Shown here in pieces: positions 1 to 8,511 of a DNA stretch of 25,889 bases (position 1 is its first letter; each line of letters opens with the position of its first letter). The position numbers were made by a program, and so were the translations under genes. The notes beneath the pieces are model-generated. The model was given only the letters and a program-made list of their open reading frames with translations. It did not search any database and was not told the DNA's origin. The stretch comes from Gaiellaceae bacterium (lineage in GTDB: Bacteria; Actinomycetota; Thermoleophilia; Gaiellales; Gaiellaceae). Location of the stretch: assembly GCA_035251305.1 (NCBI GenBank), contig DATFEK010000076.1, positions 1 to 25,889 on the forward strand, in the 5' to 3' direction.

Positions 1-1
1 C

Positions 2-406
2 GTACGGCGAATCGGCACGGATCTCGTGCCGGGCCAGCTGATCCGGATCTCCGCCGTCGGCGAGCTCGACGACGAGGTCGTCGAGGCCTACAACGCTCCG
101 TTTCCGGTTCCGGAGTCGAAAGCCGGCGTCCTGGCCTTTCCTGAGCTCGTGCCGACCGAGCTCGACCATCCTTCGGCCGCGAAGATGCTCGAGGTGCGCG
201 CCGAGCTCGAGCGCTGGGAGCGACCCGCACTCGTCCTCTTCTCCGACTCGGACCCGATCTTCTCGACGGACGCCGCTCGGCGCCTGGCCTCACGCATCCC
301 CGGCGCGGGCCCGGCCGAGATCGTGAAGGGCGCAGGCCATTTCCTGCAGGAGGAAAAGGGCGAGGAGATCGCCGAGCGGATCGCGCGCTTTCTGGTCGAG
401 AAGTAG
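2..406 (+). CDS. Alpha/beta hydrolase, haloalkane dehalogenase-like, 5'-truncated at the window edge
   Basis: The frame is open from base 2 (VRRIGTDLVPGQLIR...). It contains AYNAPFP...AGVLAFPELVP and the catalytic-His motif GAGHFLQEEKGEEIA typical of haloalkane dehalogenase-family C-termini. Confidence 0.75.
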   Translation, partial: VRRIGTDLVPGQLIRISAVGELDDEVVEAYNAPFPVPESKAGVLAFPELVPTELDHPSAAKMLEVRAELERWERPALVLFSDSDPIFSTDAARRLASRIPGAGPAEIVKGAGHFLQEEKGEEIAERIARFLVEK

Positions 407-431
407 AGCGAGATACGTCTCGCCGCCGGCG

Positions 432-1451
432 TCAAGACACGACCCAGGTATCACCGGAGTGGAGCAGACCGGCGAGATCGCCCTCACCTGACGTCTCTCG
501 CGCCGTCTGGAGCTGCTCGTTCATCAGATCGTCGTAGACCGGACGCTCGACGCTGCGGAAGACGCCGAGCGGCACGGCGCCGTCGGTCTCGAAGGTGATC
601 CGGGAAAGCGCGAACGCAAGGCTCGCCTGGGGATGCGCCTCGTCGTGCACGAAGAGGGAGTTCTCGCCCGCCTCCGCGACGTCGACGACGCGAAGCGAGC
701 CGTCCGGGTACTGCTGTACTCCGCGCTCGCCGTCGGCCCCGAACCGGATCCGCTCCCCGTGCTCGAGGTAGATGCGGTTCCCCTTCTCCTCGCGCACGAA
801 GTCGAACGCGCCGTCGTTGTAGATGTTGCAGTTCTGGAGGATCTCGACGAACGCCGCGCCGCGATGACGCGCGGCTGCCCCGAGGACCTCGGTCAGCCCC
901 TTCTTGTCGGTGTCGATCGCACGCGCGACGAATGACGCCTCCGCGCCGATCGCCACCGAGAGCGGGTTGAAGGGGTAATCGATCGACCCCATCGGCGTGG
1001 ACTTCGTCACCTTCCCGGGCTCGGAGGTCGGCGAGTACTGGCCCTTCGTGAGGCCGTAGATCTTGTTGTTGAAGAGGAGGATCTTCAGGTTGACGTTGCG
1101 GCGGAGACCGTGGATCAGATGGTTGCCTCCGATCGAGAGCGCGTCGCCGTCACCCGTGACGACCCAGACCGACAGATCGGGCCGCGTCACGGCGAGACCC
1201 GTCGCAATCGCCGGCGCGCGCCCGTGGATCGAGTGCATGCCGTACGTCTGCATGTAGTACGGGAATCTGGCCGCACACCCGATCCCGGACACGAACACGA
1301 TACGTTCGCGTGAGAGCCCGAGCTCGGGCATGAAACCCTGGATCACGTTCAGGATCGCGTAGTCCCCGCAGCCCGGGCACCAGCGTACCTCCTGGTCGGA
1401 CTTGAAGTCCTTCGCCGTCAGCTGCACCAAGTCGCCGTTTCCCTTGCTCAT
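432..1451 (-). CDS. korB: 2-oxoacid:ferredoxin oxidoreductase beta subunit
   Basis: Motifs WCPGCGD, SGIGC, HSIHGRA and the TPP-binding GDGD...NNKIYGLTKGQ. It overlaps the alpha subunit stop by 4 nt (ATGA). Substrate specificity cannot be determined from sequence. Confidence 0.92.
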   Translation of the reverse strand: MSKGNGDLVQLTAKDFKSDQEVRWCPGCGDYAILNVIQGFMPELGLSRERIVFVSGIGCAARFPYYMQTYGMHSIHGRAPAIATGLAVTRPDLSVWVVTGDGDALSIGGNHLIHGLRRNVNLKILLFNNKIYGLTKGQYSPTSEPGKVTKSTPMGSIDYPFNPLSVAIGAEASFVARAIDTDKKGLTEVLGAAARHRGAAFVEILQNCNIYNDGAFDFVREEKGNRIYLEHGERIRFGADGERGVQQYPDGSLRVVDVAEAGENSLFVHDEAHPQASLAFALSRITFETDGAVPLGVFRSVERPVYDDLMNEQLQTARETSGEGDLAGLLHSGDTWVVS

Positions 1452-3298
1452 TGGTCCACCAGCGCCGTGATCGCGTCCTCGAGCTCCGCTGCTCGGAACG
1501 GCCGGCCGCGAACCTTGTTGTAGCCCACGGCGTCCACGAGGTACTCCGCACGGAGAAGCAACCTCAACTGGCCGAGGTTCATCTCGGGGACGAGCACCTT
1601 GTCGTACGCGCGAACGACGTCTCCCGTGTTGCTCGGGAACGGATTCAGATGGCGGAGGTGTGCGGTCGCCAGCTTGCGTCCGGTCGCGCGCACGCGACGT
1701 GCAGCCGCTCCGATCGCACCGTACGTCGATCCCCAGCCGAGGACGAGCGTGTCGGCGTCGTCAGGGTCGTCGACCTCGAGCTCGGGGATGTCGGCGGCAA
1801 TCCCCGCGACCTTCGCCGCTCGGAGCTGCACCATCAGGTCGTGGTTCTCGGGATCGTAGGAGACGTTCCCGGTCTCGTTCTCCTTCTCGAGCCCGCCGAT
1901 CCGGTGCTCGAGCCCCGGTGTGCCGGGAATCGCCCATGGTCGGGAAAGCGTCTCGGGATCGCGCTTGTAGGGCAGGAAGCCGTCGGCGTCGTTGGGCTCG
2001 GTCATGAAAGCCGTCGAGATGTCCGGAAGCGTGCTCACGTCCGGGATCAGCCACGGCTCCGAGCCGTTCGCGAGGTAGGCGTCCGAGAGCAGGAAGACGG
2101 GCGTGCGGTACTTGATCGCCAGTCGCGCAGCCTCGATCGCGGCCTCGAAGCAACCGGCGGGCGTCGACGCGGCGACGACGGGAACCGGCGACTCCGAGTT
2201 TCGCCCGAACATGACCAGCAGCAGATCGGCCTGCTCCGGTTTCGTCGGCATGCCCGTCGACGGGCCCGCGCGCTGAATGTCCACGATGACGAGCGGGAGC
2301 TCGAGCGTCACCGCCAGCCCTACCGTCTCGGACTTGAGGACGATGCCCGGTCCGGCCGAGGTCGTGACCCCGAGCGCGCCACCGAAGGCAGCTCCGAGCG
2401 CAGCCCCCGAGGCGGCTATCTCGTCCTCGGCCTGAAAGGTGCGGACGCCGAAGTGCTTGAGCTGGGCAAGCTGCTCGAGAACGTCGGACGCAGGCGTGAT
2501 CGGATAGGCGCCGAGGAACAGCGGGAGCTTCGAGAGCCGGCTCGCGGCGACCAGACCGTAGGTCAGGGCCGTGTTCCCGGAGACCTGGCGGTACGTCCCC
2601 GGCTCGAGCTTCGCGGGCGCGACCTCGTACGAGACGGCGAAGTCCTCGGACGTCTCGCCGTAGTTCCATCCCGCCCTGAACGCCTTCGTGTTCGCCTCGG
2701 CGATCTCGGGACGCCGCGCGAACTTCGTCTCGATGAAGGCCAGCGTCCCCTCCGCCGGCCGGTGGTACAGCCAGGACATGAGCCCGAGCGCGAAGAAGTT
2801 CTTCGAGCGCTCGGCCTCACGCGACGTGATCCCCTCGACCTCCTTGAGCGCCTCGACGGTCATCGAGGAGAGCGCGACCTCGTGGACGTGGAAGTCGGAC
2901 AGCGAGCCGTCCTCGAGGGGACTCGACGTGTACCCGGCCTTCTGCAGGTTGCGCTCGTTGAAGGCGTCGGTGTTGACGATGATCGTCCCGCCCTTCGCGA
3001 GGTCGGAGACATTGACTTTGAGCGCCGCCGGGTTCATCGCGACGAGCACGCTCGGCTGGTCTCCCGGCGTGAGGATGTCGTGGTCGGCGAAGTGGACCTG
3101 GAAGCCCGAGACACCCGGCAGCGAGCCCGCCGGCGCGCGGATCTCGGCCGGAAAATCGGGGAGCGTCGCCAGGTCGTTCCCGAAGACGGCCGTCTCGCTC
3201 GTGAAACGGTCGCCCGTAAGCTGCATGCCGTCCCCCGAGTCGCCGGCGAAGCGGATCACGACCCGTTCGAGCTGCTCGACGGGCTTGCTGCTGCTCAC
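1448..3298 (-). CDS. korA: 2-oxoacid:acceptor oxidoreductase alpha subunit (fused gamma-alpha)
   Basis: N-terminal RFAGDSGDGMQLTG, YPITP, QAEDEIAA and QRAGPSTGMPTK motifs. Paired with the beta subunit. Confidence 0.92.
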   Translation of the reverse strand: MSSSKPVEQLERVVIRFAGDSGDGMQLTGDRFTSETAVFGNDLATLPDFPAEIRAPAGSLPGVSGFQVHFADHDILTPGDQPSVLVAMNPAALKVNVSDLAKGGTIIVNTDAFNERNLQKAGYTSSPLEDGSLSDFHVHEVALSSMTVEALKEVEGITSREAERSKNFFALGLMSWLYHRPAEGTLAFIETKFARRPEIAEANTKAFRAGWNYGETSEDFAVSYEVAPAKLEPGTYRQVSGNTALTYGLVAASRLSKLPLFLGAYPITPASDVLEQLAQLKHFGVRTFQAEDEIAASGAALGAAFGGALGVTTSAGPGIVLKSETVGLAVTLELPLVIVDIQRAGPSTGMPTKPEQADLLLVMFGRNSESPVPVVAASTPAGCFEAAIEAARLAIKYRTPVFLLSDAYLANGSEPWLIPDVSTLPDISTAFMTEPNDADGFLPYKRDPETLSRPWAIPGTPGLEHRIGGLEKENETGNVSYDPENHDLMVQLRAAKVAGIAADIPELEVDDPDDADTLVLGWGSTYGAIGAAARRVRATGRKLATAHLRHLNPFPSNTGDVVRAYDKVLVPEMNLGQLRLLLRAEYLVDAVGYNKVRGRPFRAAELEDAITALVDQ

Positions 3299-3344
3299 TC
3301 CCGAGGTATAGCTGACGCGAGGAGGAACGGGACGGCTGAGACGC

Positions 3345-3944
3345 TCACACCACTCGTCGAGGCTCGCTGACGTCGGAGGCTGGGCGACGACGCCGGCGCG
3401 CCCGGTAGCGTCGAGTCTTGAGCCGGTTGCCGCAGATCACCATCGAGCACCAGGTCCCGGCGCGGTTGCGCGAGAAGTCGTAAAAAGCAAAGCCGCAGTT
3501 CCGGCAGGCCTTGAGCCGGCTCCAGGAGCCGTCGAGCATCGCCGTCATCGCCGCAGCGGCTATTCGAGCAAGGGCGCCGTTCACACCGTCCGCTCCGACG
3601 ACGAGCTCCGCCGAGCCAGACGGCGTGACGCGGAGCTCGATGCGACCACGCCGGGCGGCCCGGTTCAGCTCGTCGGCGGCGGCCTTGCTCGCAGGCCCGC
3701 TGTTGTTGGCGGCCAGCAGCGCGTGGAGCGCGCGACGAAGCGTGGTTGCACGCACCAGGTCGGCCCGCGTCACCCGGGCTGTGGGGCCCAGAAGTCCCTG
3801 CTCGACGAGCCAGTCGCCGAGTCCCCGCGGTGAATCGAGCAGCTCGCGGCTCAACTCCTCGTCGGTCGTGTTGACGAAGAGCTGGACGAGCCGGAGTTCG
3901 TCCGGCGCTGCATTCGGGACGTCGTAGCGCGGCGCCTTCGACAC
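3345..3944 (-). CDS. ABATE/CGNR zinc-finger domain protein
   Basis: N-terminal LFVNT (ABATE-like) and C-terminal RLKACRNCGFAFYDFSRNRAGTWCSMVICGNRLK. AAGGAAG RBS-like sequence upstream of the GTG. Confidence 0.85.
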   Translation of the reverse strand: MSKAPRYDVPNAAPDELRLVQLFVNTTDEELSRELLDSPRGLGDWLVEQGLLGPTARVTRADLVRATTLRRALHALLAANNSGPASKAAADELNRAARRGRIELRVTPSGSAELVVGADGVNGALARIAAAAMTAMLDGSWSRLKACRNCGFAFYDFSRNRAGTWCSMVICGNRLKTRRYRARRRRRPASDVSEPRRVV

Positions 3945-4014
3945 CAGCGTCTTCCTTTCGTCGGTGTTGCAGCGCTATACTCGACTCCATCGTAGTGGGT
4001 TTGCAGGTGTTCAA

Positions 4015-4842
4015 ATGAACGCTCGGCTCCGAGCGGCCTGCGTTGCAGCGGTCTCGATCCTGGCCGTAGCAGGCTGTAACGAGCAGGAGTCTCCCGTTGC
4101 CCAGGACGAGCTCACGAAGCCGGGTGTTCTCCGAATCTGTAGCGACCCGACGCGGCCGCCGATGGAGTACCGCGGCAGAGACGGAGTACTCCGCGGGTTC
4201 GAGATCGACTTGCTCGACGAGATCGCGAATCGCGTCGATCTTCGGCCGGTTTGGGTGGATACGAGCCGCTCGCGGCTCGTCGACGCAGTGGTGGAAGGCA
4301 GGTGCGATGTCATCGCTTCGAGCCTTCCGGTGGATTTCGAGGATCAGAAGGCCATCCGCGAGATCGCCTATCTAGGTGTCCCGATCTCCCTGCTCGTCCT
4401 TGACGGTGCCGAACCCCCGCTCGCCCGTGGTCTCTGCGGACGTCCGATCGGAGCGTTCGCGGGGACGCGCCAGTCCAGGATCCTTGCGGAGTACTCCGAC
4501 GTGTGCGAGCGCGCCGGTCGACCGCCCGTCGACGAGGTGGCGGTGAACGACGTGCCCGAGGCACTGAGCCTAGTCGAGTCTGGTCGAATCGACGGACTAC
4601 TCGACGAGGTCCCTCTCGTCGGCTGGTATTCGAGGCTCCAAACCGACACGTTCGACGACGGGGGAACGCTGCCCGTCGTGAAGGTCGACTACGCCATCGG
4701 CTGTCCGGCAGGGAGAGACAGCGTCTTCTGGGGCGTTCGCCTCGCGCTGCAGACGATCAACGACGACGGGACGTTCGTCGAGCTCCTGCACCGTTGGGGT
4801 CTCGACGAGAAGGGCGTCGAAGGGCTCGCGCTGTACTCGTGA
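4015..4842 (+). CDS. Family-3 (polar amino acid) ABC substrate-binding lipoprotein
   Basis: Start moved to ATG 4015, which gives a lipoprotein signal (MNARLRAACVAAVSILAVAG-C). SBP_bac_3-like PPMEY...GFEIDLL...CDVIAS and GRIDGLLD motifs. No permease or ATPase gene is adjacent. Confidence 0.75.
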   Translation: MNARLRAACVAAVSILAVAGCNEQESPVAQDELTKPGVLRICSDPTRPPMEYRGRDGVLRGFEIDLLDEIANRVDLRPVWVDTSRSRLVDAVVEGRCDVIASSLPVDFEDQKAIREIAYLGVPISLLVLDGAEPPLARGLCGRPIGAFAGTRQSRILAEYSDVCERAGRPPVDEVAVNDVPEALSLVESGRIDGLLDEVPLVGWYSRLQTDTFDDGGTLPVVKVDYAIGCPAGRDSVFWGVRLALQTINDDGTFVELLHRWGLDEKGVEGLALYS

Positions 4843-4898
4843 GGGCAGCCGCGTTCGGCGCCCTCAGCGAACGTCGCGCGTACGCCGGATCCTGACCG

Positions 4899-5120
4899 TC
4901 AACTCAGGCGGTAGACGATGCGGCCGCGGGTCAGGTCGTACGAGGAGAGCTCGATGCGAACTCGATCGCCGGGAAACACCCGGATGCGATAGCGCTTCAT
5001 CCTGCCCCCCATGTACCCCAACGCTTCGTGCCCGTTGTCGAGCCGCACTCTGAACATGCGGCTCCGTAGCGCCTCGATGACCTCACCCTCGACCTCGAGC
5101 TTCTCTTCCTTCACTGCCAT
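4899..5120 (-). CDS. infA: Translation initiation factor IF-1 (probably a paralogous copy)
   Basis: 73 aa, [18 protein letters not shown]...[10 protein letters not shown]...[35 protein letters not shown] 5 nt upstream of ATG 5120. Confidence 0.92.
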   Translation of the reverse strand: MAVKEEKLEVEGEVIEALRSRMFRVRLDNGHEALGYMGGRMKRYRIRVFPGDRVRIELSSYDLTRGRIVYRLS

Positions 5121-5145
5121 GGGTACTCCTTGCTCGGGGTGAGAA

Positions 5146-5172
5146 GCCGTGGCCGCTCGAAGCGGCCACGGC
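5146..5172 (-). terminator. 12-bp GC hairpin between csp and infA (terminator/attenuator)
   Basis: GCCGTGGCCGCT-cga-AGCGGCCACGGC is a perfect inverted repeat. On the minus strand it is followed only by a weak TTCTC tract. Confidence 0.55.
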
Positions 5173-5184
5173 CAGGACATGCCG

Positions 5185-5394
5185 CTACGCGGCGGTGAGG
5201 ACGACGTTCGTCGCCTCGGGGCCCTTCGCGCCCTCGCGCGGCTCGAACTCGACGCGAGCGCCCTCGGACAGGCTCTTGAAGCCGTCACCGGCAATGTTGC
5301 TGAAGTGCACGAACAGATCCTTCGAACCCTCGTCGGGGGTGATGAAGCCGTACCCCTTGCTGTCGTTGAACCACTTCACGGTTCCGCTTGCCAT
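5185..5394 (-). CDS. cspA: Cold-shock protein (CspA family)
   Basis: 69 aa from ATG 5394 with RNP1 KGYGFI and RNP2 LFVHF. AAGGGAGGTG RBS. Candidate -10 TACGGT at 5478-5483 would give a ~75-nt 5' UTR. Confidence 0.95.
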   Translation of the reverse strand: MASGTVKWFNDSKGYGFITPDEGSKDLFVHFSNIAGDGFKSLSEGARVEFEPREGAKGPEATNVVLTAA

Positions 5395-5532
5395 AGAAAA
5401 CACCTCCCTTACCAAAACTCACGAACGGGCTAGGAAGGCGCACGCGCAAACCGGACTCGCTCTTGATTGACGCCGAAACCGTAGCAGTCGTGCAGGTACA
5501 TCGAGCGGTTGGTGGTCGCTCCGCAGAGACCA

Positions 5533-6855
5533 CTACAGAGATTCTGGTGCCGACTCGTCGGTTGAACGCGTCCTTTGCGACAGTCCGAGGGCGAGCCCCG
5601 CCGCTGCCCAGACCGTGAACGCGAGCCAGTGCACGCCGATGACGTCCGTCTGCAGAGCGAGCAGTAGCACCGCGGCGAAGGCAGCCGCCAGCCATGCTTC
5701 TCTCCGCCACAACCCGATCAGCAGCGCGAGGTTCCAGAGGACGAACGCAGCGAGCCCGGCCACTCCCGCGTCGACGCCGAGCTCGACGTACGTCGATTCG
5801 CCGGCGCGAATCTCGACTCCCGTGCGCTTCGCGACCACGCCGGCGTTTCCGAGGCCGTAGCCCTGCGGATGCCTGAACACCACCCGGACGCCTTCTCGCA
5901 GGTTCCGCCAATGACTCTCCGTCGATGCGTCCTCGGCGGGAATCGAGCGTCTGGCGAAGGGCCCTTCGCTCTTCGCGTTCTCGCGGAGCCACTCCAGCTC
6001 TTCCGGCGTGTAGCTCGTCGAAGGGCCGATCGATGGGTACGCCACGAGGAAGAGGGCGCTGACCCCGACCGATACGACGGCGAGCACCGCGGGCGCAACG
6101 CGACGCTGGCCGAAGGCGAGCACGACCAGACCGACCGCCAGGGCTGCGAACGCGGCTCGGGTGTGGGTGTACAGGAGGGCCGCGTAGACGAGCAGCGCCA
6201 GCAGGCCCCAGTACCAGCGGAACGGCCGGGCGACGACGTAGATCAGCGCGACGACGAAGAGATAGGCGCTCGCAAGCGGTGAGAGAAACGTCGAGACCAG
6301 CCGCCTGATCGGGTTCTCCTCGTCACCGGTGTTGTAGACCCAGTTCTCGGGAAGTCCGGAGAGGCCCTCGTAGTCGAGCCCGAGCTGCTCGCGGTACCAA
6401 CCTGGGACACCGGACTCCCGCCACGGCTGGAGCGAGATGAGAGCGAGATCGACGAGACCCACGACTGCGACGACAACCGCGGTGAGAGCGACGAGCCAGC
6501 CGATCCGCCCACGCTCGGCCCACGCGACGCCCAGGAGGCGTCCCAGCGCATATGCAGCGACCGGGAACAGGTGGTGGCGCAGCGCAAGGAGCTCTCCACG
6601 AGTCGTCGCCTCCCCCTCGAGCCAGCCCTGCGGAAGGAGCCAGTAGACGACGATGACGATCGCGTAGGACGCGGCCAGCACGTCGGCGGCTCTGACCGCC
6701 GGGAGTCGCCGCACGCGCCAAGCGACGGCGACGAGCGCGACGAGGAGGAGTGCCTCCTTCCAGGCCGCGACGACATCGAGGAGCGTCCCGCGCACCCCGA
6801 GTTCCCAGAGCTGGGCCATGGCGACGTTGTGCAGCGCGAGGCCCACGACGAGCAC
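5533..6855 (-). CDS. O-antigen ligase/Wzy-like polytopic membrane protein
   Basis: Many hydrophobic helices, RRLVSTFLSP, THTRAA and a periplasmic loop with ESHW...PQGYGLG...ESTYVELGVDAG resembling Wzy_C. The true start is uncertain and may lie further upstream. Confidence 0.7.
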   Translation of the reverse strand: MLVVGLALHNVAMAQLWELGVRGTLLDVVAAWKEALLLVALVAVAWRVRRLPAVRAADVLAASYAIVIVVYWLLPQGWLEGEATTRGELLALRHHLFPVAAYALGRLLGVAWAERGRIGWLVALTAVVVAVVGLVDLALISLQPWRESGVPGWYREQLGLDYEGLSGLPENWVYNTGDEENPIRRLVSTFLSPLASAYLFVVALIYVVARPFRWYWGLLALLVYAALLYTHTRAAFAALAVGLVVLAFGQRRVAPAVLAVVSVGVSALFLVAYPSIGPSTSYTPEELEWLRENAKSEGPFARRSIPAEDASTESHWRNLREGVRVVFRHPQGYGLGNAGVVAKRTGVEIRAGESTYVELGVDAGVAGLAAFVLWNLALLIGLWRREAWLAAAFAAVLLLALQTDVIGVHWLAFTVWAAAGLALGLSQRTRSTDESAPESL

Positions 6856-6886
6856 GACGAGCGCGATTCCGGTGACTCGACGCGCG

Positions 6887-7498
6887 CTAATCGACGATCG
6901 CCACCAACGTCAGGCCCAGGTTGACGATTCGGACACGACCCGGAAAGAGCGCACGGAAGCTCTTCCTCGAGAGCAGGTGAATCTCGGTCGCGAAGCCCTT
7001 GCCCGCACGGCGATACGCACTGTGCGCGATCGGATCGGGGAGCCAGTGGATCATGGGCAGCCGCGTGTGGACCTCGATTGGAAAGCGACGGTTCGGCGTC
7101 GTGATGAACACCCGGCGCCCGACCCGGACGGCCTCGGACACGAGCTGTCGCTGGCGCTCCGGGCCCCCGACATGCTCGATGACCGCGTTCGAGAACACGA
7201 TGTCGAACTCGCCGTCCGCGAACGGAAGCTCGCACGCGTCACCCTGGACATAGCGGATCGCCGGGTAGCGAGCCTGGAAGGCGGTTCCGTCGTGGAGCCC
7301 GATAGCCGTGATCTGCTCGGGCCACGGATAGTGCTCCTCGAAGAAGTTCAGCGTCCCGCAGCCGTCGCCCTCGCCGAACGCGAGCTCGTCCGCCCCGACG
7401 TCGAGCACCGACGTCTCGGCGGTCGGGCGCAGCTCCTCGAGGAAGAGCCGGAGCTTCCGCTTCCGTGAGCGCAGCGAGACCTGATCGACGATCCGCAC
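6887..7498 (-). CDS. Class I SAM-dependent methyltransferase
   Basis: VLDVGA motif I and GDACELPFADGEFDIVFSNAVIEHV. Start trimmed to GTG 7498 because the longer ORF N-terminus is just translated repeat sequence. Confidence 0.82.
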   Translation of the reverse strand: MRIVDQVSLRSRKRKLRLFLEELRPTAETSVLDVGADELAFGEGDGCGTLNFFEEHYPWPEQITAIGLHDGTAFQARYPAIRYVQGDACELPFADGEFDIVFSNAVIEHVGGPERQRQLVSEAVRVGRRVFITTPNRRFPIEVHTRLPMIHWLPDPIAHSAYRRAGKGFATEIHLLSRKSFRALFPGRVRIVNLGLTLVAIVD

Positions 7499-7511
7499 CG
7501 GCGATAAGTAT

Positions 7512-7642
7512 GGGGTCAGACCCGTGGGGTCTGACCCCATTCACGCGATGGGCGACCGCAGCCGGGGTCAGACCCCCACGGGTCTGACCGCAGTCACGCG
7601 ATGGGCGACCGCAGCCGGGGTCAGACCCCACGGGTCTGACCC
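7512..7642. repeat. REP/BIME-like array of three GGGGTCAGACCC...GGGTCTGACC(C) hairpins
   Basis: Hairpins at 7512-7538, 7564-7589 and 7617-7642 (period 52-53 bp). The two linkers share the identical 23-mer TCACGCGATGGGCGACCGCAGCC. Confidence 0.85.
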
Positions 7643-7660
7643 GGAGATACGCTGCCCACC

Positions 7661-8488
7661 GTGGTCGAGGCGGCGATCAGGCCGGGCGGACTCTACTCGC
7701 TGAAGCTGACCGTTGGCTCGACGACGTGGAACGCACGGCTGCCCGAGAGTCGCTGGGCTTCGGCCGCACAGCTCCAGGACGGATCGGTACTGATCCGGGC
7801 AGCCGACGAGCCTGCGCTCGAGAAGGCGCGGTTCGTCCTCGCGCTCGACGACGATACGACCGAATTCCACCGCCGCTTCGCGCGCGACCCGCTCCTCGGC
7901 CCGACCGTCCGTGCACTCCGCGGCCTGCGGCCGAGGCGCAAGGCGACCGTTGCCCACGCGGCGCTGCGGGGGATTGCGGGTCAGCTCGTCCAATCCAGTC
8001 GTGCCCTCGAGATCGAACGGGCCGTGATCAGGGCGTGCGGTGAAGACCCACCGACTCGCAACGCTCTCGCGCGGCTCTCCCCGGCCGAGCTCGTTCGATG
8101 CGGGCTCGCAGGGAGTCGAGCTGCCACCCTCACTCGCCTCACCCGAACGCTCGATCTGGAGAAGCTGAAAGTCACGCCCGATACCGCACTCGCCCGACTA
8201 CGCCGCGAGCGGGGCGTCGGCCCCTGGACCGTCGGGGTCATCGCGCTGCAAGGGCTCGGGCGCTACGACGCCGGGCTCGTCGCAGACCTGGCGCTCGTGA
8301 AGCTCCTCGCATCGCTGCGCGGACGCTGGCCCGAGCCCGACGAAACGGCGGAGCTGCTCGAGCCGTACGGCGAGTGGCAGGGACTCGCGAGCGTCTTCCT
8401 GCTGCAGGGATTCAAGCGCGGCCTGATCCCCGGCGCGAGCATCGATCGGGCACGCGCGGTGCGTGCTTCCGCGAGTCACGTGGCCTGA
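7661..8488 (+). CDS. HhH-GPD DNA glycosylase (AlkA / 3-methyladenine glycosylase II-like)
   Basis: Features IAGQLV, the HhH motif RERGVGPWT, the downstream Asp (ADLAL) and LLEPYGEWQGLA. -10 TACGCT lies 7 nt before the GTG. Confidence 0.8.
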   Translation: MVEAAIRPGGLYSLKLTVGSTTWNARLPESRWASAAQLQDGSVLIRAADEPALEKARFVLALDDDTTEFHRRFARDPLLGPTVRALRGLRPRRKATVAHAALRGIAGQLVQSSRALEIERAVIRACGEDPPTRNALARLSPAELVRCGLAGSRAATLTRLTRTLDLEKLKVTPDTALARLRRERGVGPWTVGVIALQGLGRYDAGLVADLALVKLLASLRGRWPEPDETAELLEPYGEWQGLASVFLLQGFKRGLIPGASIDRARAVRASASHVA

Positions 8489-8511
8489 CGGGCCGCCGTA
8501 CACTCCCGCGC

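Noticed and set aside
1451-3370. Long antisense and alternate-frame ORFs (e.g. 1451..3370 +, 11379-12347 extension, 8098-8511 extension, 25065..25805 -)
   Set aside because: These are typical GC-rich shadow ORFs overlapping well-supported genes, with no recognisable motifs.
4015-4842. The orphan SBP as the importer for the signalling peptide
   Set aside because: It is family 3 (amino acid type), not family 5 (Opp/Dpp), and lies 17 kb away.
7512-7642. CRISPR array
   Set aside because: The 'spacers' are near-identical (23-nt shared core), the repeats are perfect palindromes in mixed orientation, and there are no cas genes. REP/BIME fits better.
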